A stretch of 64,000 nucleotides of DNA from a candidate division FCPU426 bacterium (lineage in GTDB: Bacteria; Oederibacteriota; JAJYGY01; DAIDJD01). The notes beneath the pieces were generated by a model. It did no database searches. It was not told the DNA's origin and was given only the letters and a program-made list of their open reading frames with translations. Shown piece by piece: positions 1 to 7,880 of this stretch. The translations under genes were made by a program, and so were the position numbers. Numbering within the stretch: the first letter of the stretch is position 1; each line of letters opens with the position of its first letter. Where the stretch lies: positions 17,588 to 81,587 of the forward strand of contig DAIDJD010000092.1 of NCBI GenBank assembly GCA_027451505.1, in the 5' to 3' direction.

Positions 1-717
1 CGTCTGGCCCTGCTTGCCGCCTTGAGTTCTCTGGCGTGGCGCCGGCTCAGGCCCTGGGGCTTGGTGTTCGTGGCGGTCCTGCTCTACGGGTGCGCCACGG
101 CGGGGGATTTCTACCCCGGGACCCGCTACCTGGCCTGGGGGTGGCCCCTTCTGTGGGCCCTGGCCGCGGCGGCCCTGTGCGCCTGGATCCGGCGCCCGGG
201 GTTGGCCGCGGCGGCCATGGCGCTGGCGGCGCTGTGGTCCTACCAGGCCTTTTGGGCCTTTCCAGGGCTGATGCGCGGCGGTTGGCGCGCCGGGGCCGAG
301 CGGGTCGCGGTGGCCCGGCTCATGGACGCGGTGGTGCCTCCCGGCCAGCGCGTGGCGTCGGATTGGGCCGGCACGTTCTACTATTACTCGGACGTCCAGG
401 GGGAGGACCTCCTGGGCAAGTGCGATCCGGTGGTGGCCGCGGCACGCCCCGATCCCGGACTGGGCCCCACGGCCCACGACAAAATGGACCTGGCCTATTC
501 CCTCGGGGAGGTCCGCCCGGACTGGGTGCTCCTGGTCCCGCCCGGGCAGGATCCGGGGCTGCGTTGGCTGCACACGGCCTACGACGCGCGCATCTGGAAC
601 GACCCGCTGTTCGCCGCCCACTGCCGCGCGTCCGCGCGCCTAGTGGGGGGGCATTGGGCCCTGTGCCGCTGCCGGTGGGGCGACCCCAGGGGCGGCTCCC
701 ATCCCCACCCGCGCTGA
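1..717 (+). CDS. hypothetical membrane protein, probably the 3' part of a gene that starts upstream of the window
   Basis: ORF frame is open back to position 1 with no in-frame stop; hydrophobic Trp/Leu/Ala-rich segments; no recognisable motif. Confidence 0.3.
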   Translation, partial: RLALLAALSSLAWRRLRPWGLVFVAVLLYGCATAGDFYPGTRYLAWGWPLLWALAAAALCAWIRRPGLAAAAMALAALWSYQAFWAFPGLMRGGWRAGAERVAVARLMDAVVPPGQRVASDWAGTFYYYSDVQGEDLLGKCDPVVAAARPDPGLGPTAHDKMDLAYSLGEVRPDWVLLVPPGQDPGLRWLHTAYDARIWNDPLFAAHCRASARLVGGHWALCRCRWGDPRGGSHPHPR

Positions 718-726
718 AAGGATCCC

Positions 727-2445
727 ATGGATATCTCCGACCGGAACCTGGAACGCCTCATAGAACGGTTCCACCTCCTGGACCCGGCGCAGTTGGCGGA
801 GGCGCGCCTCGAGATGGAGAAGTCCAAGAGCGGAACGGGCCTCCAGAGCGTTTTGCTCAACCTGGGATACCTCAAGGAGGAGGACCTCCTCAGGGCCTCG
901 GCCGAACACTTGGGCATCCCCTACGTGGACGTGGAAGGCCTTTCCCCGGAGCCCGCCGTGGTCCTCCTGGTGCCCGAGGAATTGGCCTTGTCCAAGGGGG
1001 TTCTGGCGCTGGAGCGCCAGGGCCAGCAGCTCGTCTGCGCGATGCAGGACCCCAACGACGTGGTGACCCAGGACCTCATCCAGAGGCGGGCCAGGGTCAC
1101 GGTGGTGCCCCATCTCGCGGCCCGCGGCGCGATCCTGAAGAAGCTCGCGGACTACCACGACCACTACAAGGTCGCGGTGGTCGAGCACCTGATGAAGACC
1201 GTGCGGGACCAGGGCCGCGAACTCACCCAGCAGATCGGGCTCAACATCCAGAGCATCGAAAGCGTCACGGAGCAGGCGCCGATCATCCGGGCGGTCAACC
1301 TCATCATCATCGGGGCGCTGCTCAAGCGCGCCTCGGACATCCACCTGGTGCCCGAGAAGCAGACGCTCAAGGTGAAGTACCGGGTCGACGGGGTGCTCCA
1401 GGACGAGCAGTCCCTCAGCATGGCGGACGCTCCGGCGGTGATCGCGCGCATTAAGGTCATGTCCAAGCTCGACATTTCCGAGCGCCGCCTGCCCCAGGAC
1501 GGCGCGTTCCAAATCCTTCTGGAGGGCCGCGAGATCGACTTCCGCGTGGCGGTGACCCCCACCATCTTCGGGGAGAAGATGGTCCTGCGCGTCCTCGACA
1601 AGAGCGGCATCGTGCTGGGCCTGGACCACCTCGGCTTCGGCGCGGACCAGCTCCGGGGCTTCAAGCAGCAGATCCACCGGCCCCACGGCATCATCCTGAT
1701 CGTCGGCCCCACGGGCAGCGGCAAGACCACCACGCTGTACGCCGCGCTCAACATCCTCAACACCGGCGACAAGAACATCACGACGGTCGAGGATCCCGTG
1801 GAATACAAAATCGAGGGGCTCACCCAGATCCAGACCCACTCCGAGATCGGCCTGGATTTCGCGGCGGCGCTGCGCAGCATCCTGCGCCAGGACCCCGACG
1901 TGGTCCTGATCGGGGAGATCCGCGACCAGGAGACCACCGAGATCGCCGTGCGCGCGGCCCTCACCGGCCACCTCGTGTTCGCCACGCTGCACACCAACGA
2001 CGCGTCCTCGGCGGTATCCCGGCTCACCGAGATGGGGGCCGAGCCTTTCCTGGTCGCCAGCGCCCTGCGCTGCGCGCTATCCCAGCGCCTCGTGCGCAAC
2101 ATATGCCCGCAGTGCCGCGAGTCCTACGACCTTCCCGCGGAACTGGCCCCGCGCCTGAGGGATTCCTTCGGAAACCTTCCGCCGGCGGGCACCAAGCTGT
2201 GGCGCGGCCGCGGCTGCAACTACTGCTTCCATACCGGGTACCGGGGGCGCAGCGCCGTGAGCGAGCTCCTGGTGGTGGACGAGGCCATCCGCGGCCGCAT
2301 CGCGGCCCGCGGCTCCAGCGTGGAGATGCAGAGCTTGGCCCTGGCTGCCGGCATGAAGTCGATGTACCAGGATGGCGTGGATAAGGTGCTTAAGGGCGTC
2401 ACCACCCTCGAGGAGATCCTCGAAGTGGCGGAGGATCTGGCCTGA
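727..2445 (+). CDS. gspE: type II secretion / type IV pilus assembly ATPase (GspE/PilB family)
   Basis: N-terminal T2SSE_N-like region, Walker A GPTGSGKTT, Asp/His boxes, C-terminal tetracysteine CPQC...CNYC zinc motif typical of GspE/PilB. Confidence 0.85.
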   Translation: MDISDRNLERLIERFHLLDPAQLAEARLEMEKSKSGTGLQSVLLNLGYLKEEDLLRASAEHLGIPYVDVEGLSPEPAVVLLVPEELALSKGVLALERQGQQLVCAMQDPNDVVTQDLIQRRARVTVVPHLAARGAILKKLADYHDHYKVAVVEHLMKTVRDQGRELTQQIGLNIQSIESVTEQAPIIRAVNLIIIGALLKRASDIHLVPEKQTLKVKYRVDGVLQDEQSLSMADAPAVIARIKVMSKLDISERRLPQDGAFQILLEGREIDFRVAVTPTIFGEKMVLRVLDKSGIVLGLDHLGFGADQLRGFKQQIHRPHGIILIVGPTGSGKTTTLYAALNILNTGDKNITTVEDPVEYKIEGLTQIQTHSEIGLDFAAALRSILRQDPDVVLIGEIRDQETTEIAVRAALTGHLVFATLHTNDASSAVSRLTEMGAEPFLVASALRCALSQRLVRNICPQCRESYDLPAELAPRLRDSFGNLPPAGTKLWRGRGCNYCFHTGYRGRSAVSELLVVDEAIRGRIAARGSSVEMQSLALAAGMKSMYQDGVDKVLKGVTTLEEILEVAEDLA

Positions 2446-4661
2446 TGTCCCTGGCCGCCGAGATTATGGCCGCCCTCGCGGCGCGCCCCGAGGGCCTGAG
2501 CCGGGCCGAGCTTTTGCGCGAACTTGGGCTTCCGCGCCGCCTGGGGTCCAAGCTCGAGGCCGACCTGGGGCGCTTGGTCGATTCCGGACGGGTGGCCCGC
2601 GACGCGCGCCACCGCTACCGGGCGGCTGCGTACCGGGCCGGCACCGGGGATCCGGGGTGCGAGGCCACCTTCATCCTTACCTCATCGGGGAGCGCCTTCG
2701 CCCGGATGGATTCCGGGGCCGAATTTTTCGTGCCCGAACGCCTGCGGGGTTGGGCCCTGCCCGGGGATCGGGTGGCCCTGAGGCCCCGCCCGGAGCCCGC
2801 CGTCCGCGCGGCGCCCCCGATGCGCGGCAGGCGCGCGCGGGCGGCCCCGACCGACGCGCCCGGACGCAAACCCGTGGCCGAGGTCACCGGGGTCCTGAAG
2901 CGCGGCCGGGAGCGCTGGGTGGGTCGGCTGCGCCGGGAGGGGGGCGCCTGTTTCAACGATGTGCGCCTGGGGGACCTGGAGCTCGAGCTGGAGCTGGATC
3001 CCGACGCGGCGCCGCCGGCCGGGACCGCGGACGGCGAGTGGATCGTCAGTTCCGCTCCGGGGCTGGACGGGTCCGGGCGCGAACCCGCCCCTTCCCGGTT
3101 CCTGAGCCGGCTGGGGGGGGACTCGACGCCCCACCTGGACACGCTGATCCTGGTGAACAAGGCGGGGCTGCGCGAAGCCTTCCCCGAGGCGGCCCTGAGG
3201 GAGGCCTCCGCCTGGGGCGGCGAGGTCGAGCCCGCGGCGCTGGAGGGCCGCCTGGACCTGCGCGCCGGTGTCGTCGTCACCATTGACGGAGCCGACGCCA
3301 AGGACTTCGACGATGCCGTATCCGTGGAGAGGACCCCCACGGGATGGCGCCTGGGGGTGCACATCGCCGACGTCTCCCACTACGTCCGCCCGGGGACGGC
3401 CCTGGACGGCGAGGCCTACGCGCGCGCGACGAGCGTGTACCTGCCGGACCGGGTGCTGCCCATGCTTCCGGAGGCCCTCAGCAACGGCCTGTGCTCCCTC
3501 AACCCGGGGGTGGATCGCCTGACCCTGAGCGCGTTGATCGAGTCCGACGCGCGCGGGCGCTTGGGGCGGGCCTCCTTCGCCCGCAGCGTGATCCGGTCGG
3601 CGCGCCGTTGCACCTATGAGGAGGTCGAGGATTTCCTGGATGGGCGCGCCGACCTGGCCGGCCCGGGCACCGGGGCCGTGGGCCCTGCCCTGAAGGACAT
3701 GCGCGAACTGGCCCATCTGCGGCGGGCGCTGAGGGAGGAGCGCGGGGCGCTGGACTTCGACTTTCCCGAGACCAAGGTGACCCTGGACGCGGAGGGACGC
3801 CCCACCGCGCTCCTGCGGAGGGCCCGGTTGTTCTCCCACCAGCTCATCGAGGAGTTCATGCTGGCGGCCAACGAGGCCGTGGCCCGGGAATTGCGGTCCC
3901 GCGGGTTCCCGCTGCTGTACCGGGTGCACGAGCGTCCGGACCAGGAAAAGCTCGCCGAAACGCTGGCGCTCTTCGGGCGCCTCAAGCTGGGGGGCGGCCC
4001 CCGCGGCGCGTCGGTGACCCCCAAAGACCTCCAACGCATCCTGGAGCGCGCCCGGGGGCTTCCCCAAAAGCGCCTGGTGGAGACCCTGCTCCTGCGCAGC
4101 CTTAAATTGGCGCGCTACAGCGCCGACCACGACATCCATTTCGCCCTGGCCCTAGAGGATTATTGTCACTTCACCTCCCCGATCCGGCGTTACCCCGACT
4201 TGGTCGTGCACCGGATGTTGGCGGCCTTCCTGGGGGGGGCGTCCCCCGCGGATGCGCGGGGACAAACCGGGCCCCTGGGCGAGGCCGGGATCCACTGCTC
4301 GGAGATGGAGCGCAAGGCCGAATCCTGTGAGCGCGACTGCGTGCGCGCCAAGCAGGTGCGCTACCTCGAGGAGCGTCTCGGCAGGGTCTATCCCGCCACC
4401 GTGGTCTCGGTGACCCATTTCGGCTTCTTCTGCGAAATCGACCCGTTCCCCGCGGAGGGCTTGGTGCCCTTGGGGGGCTTGTCCGACGACCACTACGACC
4501 ATGACGCGGCCAACCACGCCCTGGTGGGGCGCGCCTCGGGGCGCGTCATCACGATCGGCGACAAACTTTGGGTCCGTGTGCTGCGCACGGACTGGGAACT
4601 CCTGAGGGCCGACTTTGAGGCCCTTTGGAGGGAGCCCGAGGAGGGAGTCTCCGCCTCCTGA
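2445..4661 (+). CDS. rnr: ribonuclease R (RNB-family 3'-5' exoribonuclease with C-terminal S1 domain)
   Basis: RNB catalytic motif VVTIDGADAKDFDDAVSVE, cold-shock/S1-like C-terminus; start overlaps gspE stop (TGATG). Confidence 0.9.
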   Translation: MSLAAEIMAALAARPEGLSRAELLRELGLPRRLGSKLEADLGRLVDSGRVARDARHRYRAAAYRAGTGDPGCEATFILTSSGSAFARMDSGAEFFVPERLRGWALPGDRVALRPRPEPAVRAAPPMRGRRARAAPTDAPGRKPVAEVTGVLKRGRERWVGRLRREGGACFNDVRLGDLELELELDPDAAPPAGTADGEWIVSSAPGLDGSGREPAPSRFLSRLGGDSTPHLDTLILVNKAGLREAFPEAALREASAWGGEVEPAALEGRLDLRAGVVVTIDGADAKDFDDAVSVERTPTGWRLGVHIADVSHYVRPGTALDGEAYARATSVYLPDRVLPMLPEALSNGLCSLNPGVDRLTLSALIESDARGRLGRASFARSVIRSARRCTYEEVEDFLDGRADLAGPGTGAVGPALKDMRELAHLRRALREERGALDFDFPETKVTLDAEGRPTALLRRARLFSHQLIEEFMLAANEAVARELRSRGFPLLYRVHERPDQEKLAETLALFGRLKLGGGPRGASVTPKDLQRILERARGLPQKRLVETLLLRSLKLARYSADHDIHFALALEDYCHFTSPIRRYPDLVVHRMLAAFLGGASPADARGQTGPLGEAGIHCSEMERKAESCERDCVRAKQVRYLEERLGRVYPATVVSVTHFGFFCEIDPFPAEGLVPLGGLSDDHYDHDAANHALVGRASGRVITIGDKLWVRVLRTDWELLRADFEALWREPEEGVSAS

Positions 4662-4795
4662 ACCGGAACTTCGGGCGGTTCCCCGCATCCGCCTGGATCT
4701 GGCCCACCCCGGCCCTTTCGCCGCGCCAAGCGGGGCTCGGGACTCGCGCCTTGCCAATGCCGATGCCCTTGAGCAAGGTGAGGCGCCACCAAGCC

Positions 4796-4824
4796 TTGTA
4801 TGGATTATGGCAAAGGGTTATACT
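4796..4824 (+). promoter_or_regulatory. candidate sigma-70 promoter TTGTAT-N17-TATACT in an AT-rich island upstream of the sigma-54 activator gene
   Basis: hexamers read directly at 4796-4801 and 4819-4824 with 17-nt spacer; local GC far below the window average. Confidence 0.35.
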
Positions 4825-4867
4825 GAATTAGTTTCAAAATGGAACACCAAAACGTCTTTGATAGGCC

Positions 4868-5980
4868 ATGACCCAAACCATCACCTCCATCGTCCCTGTG
4901 CCCCCCGCTTCGGCATCCCTTGGGGCCGAAGCGGGACTGCCCGTGTTGGGGCAGTCCCCGGGCATCAAGCGCGTGCTGAACCTGGCCCAAAAGGTGGCCC
5001 CCACGGACAGCCCCGTGCTCATCACCGGCGAGACCGGCACGGGCAAGGAATTGATCGCCCGGATCATCCACGCGGCCTCCCGACGGGCCAGGGGACCGTT
5101 CGTGGCGGTCAACGCCGGGGCCATCCCTGAGAATCTGCAGGAGAGCGAACTCTTCGGCCACCACAAGGGCGCCTTCACCGGGGCCGTGGCGGACCGCCGC
5201 GGCCTCTTCGAGGAGGCCGATGGCGGCACGTTGTTCCTCGACGAAATCGGCGACGCCAGCCCTGGGCTGCAGGTGAGGCTCCTGCGGGTCCTTCAGAACG
5301 GCAGCATCCGTCGTGTGGGTGAGAGCGTGGAGAGGCCGGTGGACGTTCGCTTGGTCGCCGCGACCAACCGGGTCCTGGAGCGCATGGCCGAACGAGGGGA
5401 GTTTAGGGAGGACCTGTTTTTCCGGCTCAACGTCGTGCACCTGCATCTGCCGCCGCTTCGGGAGCGGGGCGAGGACTTGGACCTCCTCCTGCGGGCCAAT
5501 CTGGCGCGGTTCGCCGAACGCCTGCGCAAGGAGGTGCGGGGATTCACCGCGGCGGCCTGGGACGCCCTGCGCGCCTACTTCTACCCCGGCAACATCCGCG
5601 AATTGGAGAACATCGTCCACCACGCCGTTCTCATGGCCGAGGGTCCCGAGGTGGAACTGTCCGACCTGCCGCCATACCTTAAGGCGAGGCTGGCCCTGCC
5701 CGCTCCGGAGCCGGGTCCCTGGAGGGAGGTCGCGCCTTTGGAGGTGCCCCGGGAGGCCTGGGGCAGGCCGGGTTCGCGTCCGGCCGCCTCCGAGTCCGCG
5801 TACGTGGCGCCCCACGTGGATCTGGGGGACGGCTTCCTGAGCATCTCGGACATGGAAAAGCAGCTCATCTCCGCCACCCTGGGAAGGCTCAAAGGGAACC
5901 AGAGCGTGGCCGCCCGGAAGCTGGGTGTGAGCCGTTCCACGCTGTGGCGCAAGATGAAGGAATATGGACTCCAGGCCTGA
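4868..5980 (+). CDS. sigma-54-dependent transcriptional activator (bacterial enhancer-binding protein) lacking an N-terminal sensory/receiver domain (PspF/HrpS-like architecture)
   Basis: AAA+ sigma-54 interaction domain with GETGTGKE Walker A, ESELFGHHKGAFTGA (GAFTGA loop), C-terminal Fis-type HTH QSVAARKLGVSRSTLWRKMKEYG; only about 40 aa precede the AAA+ core. Confidence 0.85.
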   Translation: MTQTITSIVPVPPASASLGAEAGLPVLGQSPGIKRVLNLAQKVAPTDSPVLITGETGTGKELIARIIHAASRRARGPFVAVNAGAIPENLQESELFGHHKGAFTGAVADRRGLFEEADGGTLFLDEIGDASPGLQVRLLRVLQNGSIRRVGESVERPVDVRLVAATNRVLERMAERGEFREDLFFRLNVVHLHLPPLRERGEDLDLLLRANLARFAERLRKEVRGFTAAAWDALRAYFYPGNIRELENIVHHAVLMAEGPEVELSDLPPYLKARLALPAPEPGPWREVAPLEVPREAWGRPGSRPAASESAYVAPHVDLGDGFLSISDMEKQLISATLGRLKGNQSVAARKLGVSRSTLWRKMKEYGLQA

Positions 5981-7229
5981 GGAAGGCATCGCCCGGGGAG
6001 GCCTGACCCTGGCCCGGGCCAGGGAAGCGCTCAAAGATTGGCAGGGCCATATGCGGCGGGGGGCCGCCTTGCCCAGCGAGGACGAATACGTCGCGGCTTT
6101 GGCCCTGGTGCCGTGGCTGCCCCAGCCCGGCGTCTATCTGGCCCGCACGCTGCGCGCCTTCGCCGATTTCTGTTCGGCCCAGGGCCGGCTGGACGACGCC
6201 GTTTCCCTTTTGGCGCGCATCGCCGAGGGGCCCGGGCGCAAGAGCGAGGTTTTCTGGCGCGACTACGCCGTGCTGCTGTTCCGCCAGGCGCTCAAGCGCC
6301 TGGCCGCCGGGAGGGTGGCCCAGTCCAATGAATCCCTGGGGCGGGCCGCGGCGCTGTTGAGGGGCCCGGCCGCCCTTCCCGAGGTCTGGAACGCGGCCTG
6401 GGAAGGCTATTCCGAAATGGCGCTTTGGTTCGAGCGCGCCGGCGATGCGCTTCCGGCGCGCCTGCACGCGGAACACGCGCTGGAGTACGCCCAGCGCTGC
6501 GGCCGCCGAGAAGAGGCCCTGGAGTGGCTTCGCCGCCTGGCCCAAGCGGCCCAGCACGGCAGGGGCGCCTTCGCCGCCTTGGACTGGCTGCGCCGCATGC
6601 ACGCCTTGGGGCGCGAAGGTTGGACAGGAGCCGGGGCATTCGCGGTGCGCAGCGCCGTGGGTTTGGCCCAGGCCGAGGCCGCCTTGGGACGGGAGGCGGG
6701 CATGGACGCCATCTTCCACGAGGTGGAGACTTGGCTGCGGGAGCCTCCGTCGGACCTCCTGGCCTTGGCCGATTTGAACTTGGCCTGGGGCCTGGTCTTG
6801 GGACTTGAACGGGGCCGGGAACGCCTCGAACAGGCCCATCGGTTGCGTTCCACCGCGTTGGGTGAAGACCATCCCAAGACCCTCGAAGCCTTCCGGGCCC
6901 TGGGAGGATGGCGCCAAGAGGACACTGGACCTTCCCCAGGGACGGACTCCGGCCCACGCGAATGGGACGGTGGCGCAAGATTCGAAGGACCCAAAGACTC
7001 CGGGGGGGAATCCCAGGAATCCGAATTGAAGCGACTCCATCGGCGTTTGGCGCGGCTTTGCCACCCGGACGCCGGGTTGGATGACGCATCCGAGAGCGAA
7101 ATCACTTGGCGCCACGAAACCATGATCCGGGTGAATCGGGCGGCCGAGTCCGGGAACCTATTTTTACTGCGCGCGCTGTTGGATGAGGCGCTTTCCAGGA
7201 TGGGCACCGGCAAACAAGTCCCGCTTTGA
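5964..7229 (+). CDS. hypothetical helical (TPR-like) protein with a C-terminal J-domain-like segment
   Basis: C-terminus LKRLHRRLARLCHPDAG...ITWRHETMIRVNRAAESGN resembles J-domain helices II-III with the HPD tripeptide; start overlaps the activator gene stop by 17 nt; GC falls in the last ~400 nt. Confidence 0.5.
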   Translation: MDSRPEEGIARGGLTLARAREALKDWQGHMRRGAALPSEDEYVAALALVPWLPQPGVYLARTLRAFADFCSAQGRLDDAVSLLARIAEGPGRKSEVFWRDYAVLLFRQALKRLAAGRVAQSNESLGRAAALLRGPAALPEVWNAAWEGYSEMALWFERAGDALPARLHAEHALEYAQRCGRREEALEWLRRLAQAAQHGRGAFAALDWLRRMHALGREGWTGAGAFAVRSAVGLAQAEAALGREAGMDAIFHEVETWLREPPSDLLALADLNLAWGLVLGLERGRERLEQAHRLRSTALGEDHPKTLEAFRALGGWRQEDTGPSPGTDSGPREWDGGARFEGPKDSGGESQESELKRLHRRLARLCHPDAGLDDASESEITWRHETMIRVNRAAESGNLFLLRALLDEALSRMGTGKQVPL

Positions 7230-7236
7230 GGTGAGC

Positions 7237-7632
7237 ATGGCTATCAAACCTTGGTCTTTGGGAACTCTGATTCGCTTGCGTTGCCCAGTGTGCGGCGAAG
7301 ACACGTTCAAAACCGGGTGGTTCCAAACGGCTTCGGCCTGTAGAGCCTGCGCCACGGTTTTTGAGGAAGAGGATGGGTTTTATGCTGGAGCGATCTATCC
7401 TATGTATGGAATGATCGCAGGGTTGGGAGCTTTGGGCATGCTCCTGGGATGGCTTTTGGGGCTTTCATTTGAAAAAAGCCTATTTATGGACGGATTTATT
7501 ATTATTTTGGCATCTCCGTGGCTTTTCCTGTATTCAAGAATACTTTTTTTGTATACCCATCATAGATTTTTCAAAAACTTCGATGGTCCTGCTGAGTCGG
7601 CAAGCGAGGTAAAGGTAAAAAGAGAAGGATAA
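7237..7632 (+). CDS. DUF983-family zinc-ribbon membrane protein
   Basis: CPVCGE...CRAC zinc ribbon followed by DGxxF and two hydrophobic helices, matching the DUF983 pattern; the 3' half is strongly AT-rich. Confidence 0.5.
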   Translation: MAIKPWSLGTLIRLRCPVCGEDTFKTGWFQTASACRACATVFEEEDGFYAGAIYPMYGMIAGLGALGMLLGWLLGLSFEKSLFMDGFIIILASPWLFLYSRILFLYTHHRFFKNFDGPAESASEVKVKREG

Positions 7633-7644
7633 GGGTGGGTGGCC

Positions 7645-7695
7645 GGGTTCAAGCGCGGCGATGGATGGTGCGCAGGGGTTCAAGGGGTTCTTGAA
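7645..7695 (+). promoter_or_regulatory. candidate enhancer (UAS): direct repeat GGGTTCAAG x2, and inverted repeat TTCAAG-gggtt-CTTGAA at 7679-7695
   Basis: repeats read directly; centred about 125 bp upstream of the sigma-54-type promoter at 7813-7828. Confidence 0.3.
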
Positions 7696-7812
7696 ATCCC
7701 GGGGGCGCATATCTTTTCGTTTTTAAACACTTCATTGCGGTTGTTTGATTTTAGATCCATCTTTGCTTCGAAATGAAATTAACAAAAATACATATAACCT
7801 TTTAAATATAAA

Positions 7813-7828
7813 CGGCACGGTCCTTGCG
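7813..7828 (+). promoter_or_regulatory. candidate sigma-54 (-24/-12) promoter CGGCACG-gtcc-TTGCG upstream of dnaK
   Basis: GG and GC dinucleotides separated by exactly 10 nt, with extended match to TGGCACG-N4-TTGCW; about 50 nt upstream of the dnaK start; preceded by an AT-rich tract. Confidence 0.4.
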
Positions 7829-7880
7829 TGATATCCAGGCATACCAGTTCCATTAAGGATTCGAAAGCGAGGCGACATTC

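Noticed and set aside
4809-4826. TGGCAA-N5-TATAC upstream of the sigma-54 activator gene
   Set aside because: No GC (-12) element at the correct position. Better explained as a sigma-70 TTGTAT-N17-TATACT promoter.
7690-7696. CTTGAAA resembling a sigma-32 -35 element upstream of dnaK
   Set aside because: The best downstream CCCCATnT-like match (gcgCATAT) is only about 8 nt away instead of 13-15 nt. It is more likely part of the TTCAAG/CTTGAA inverted repeat.
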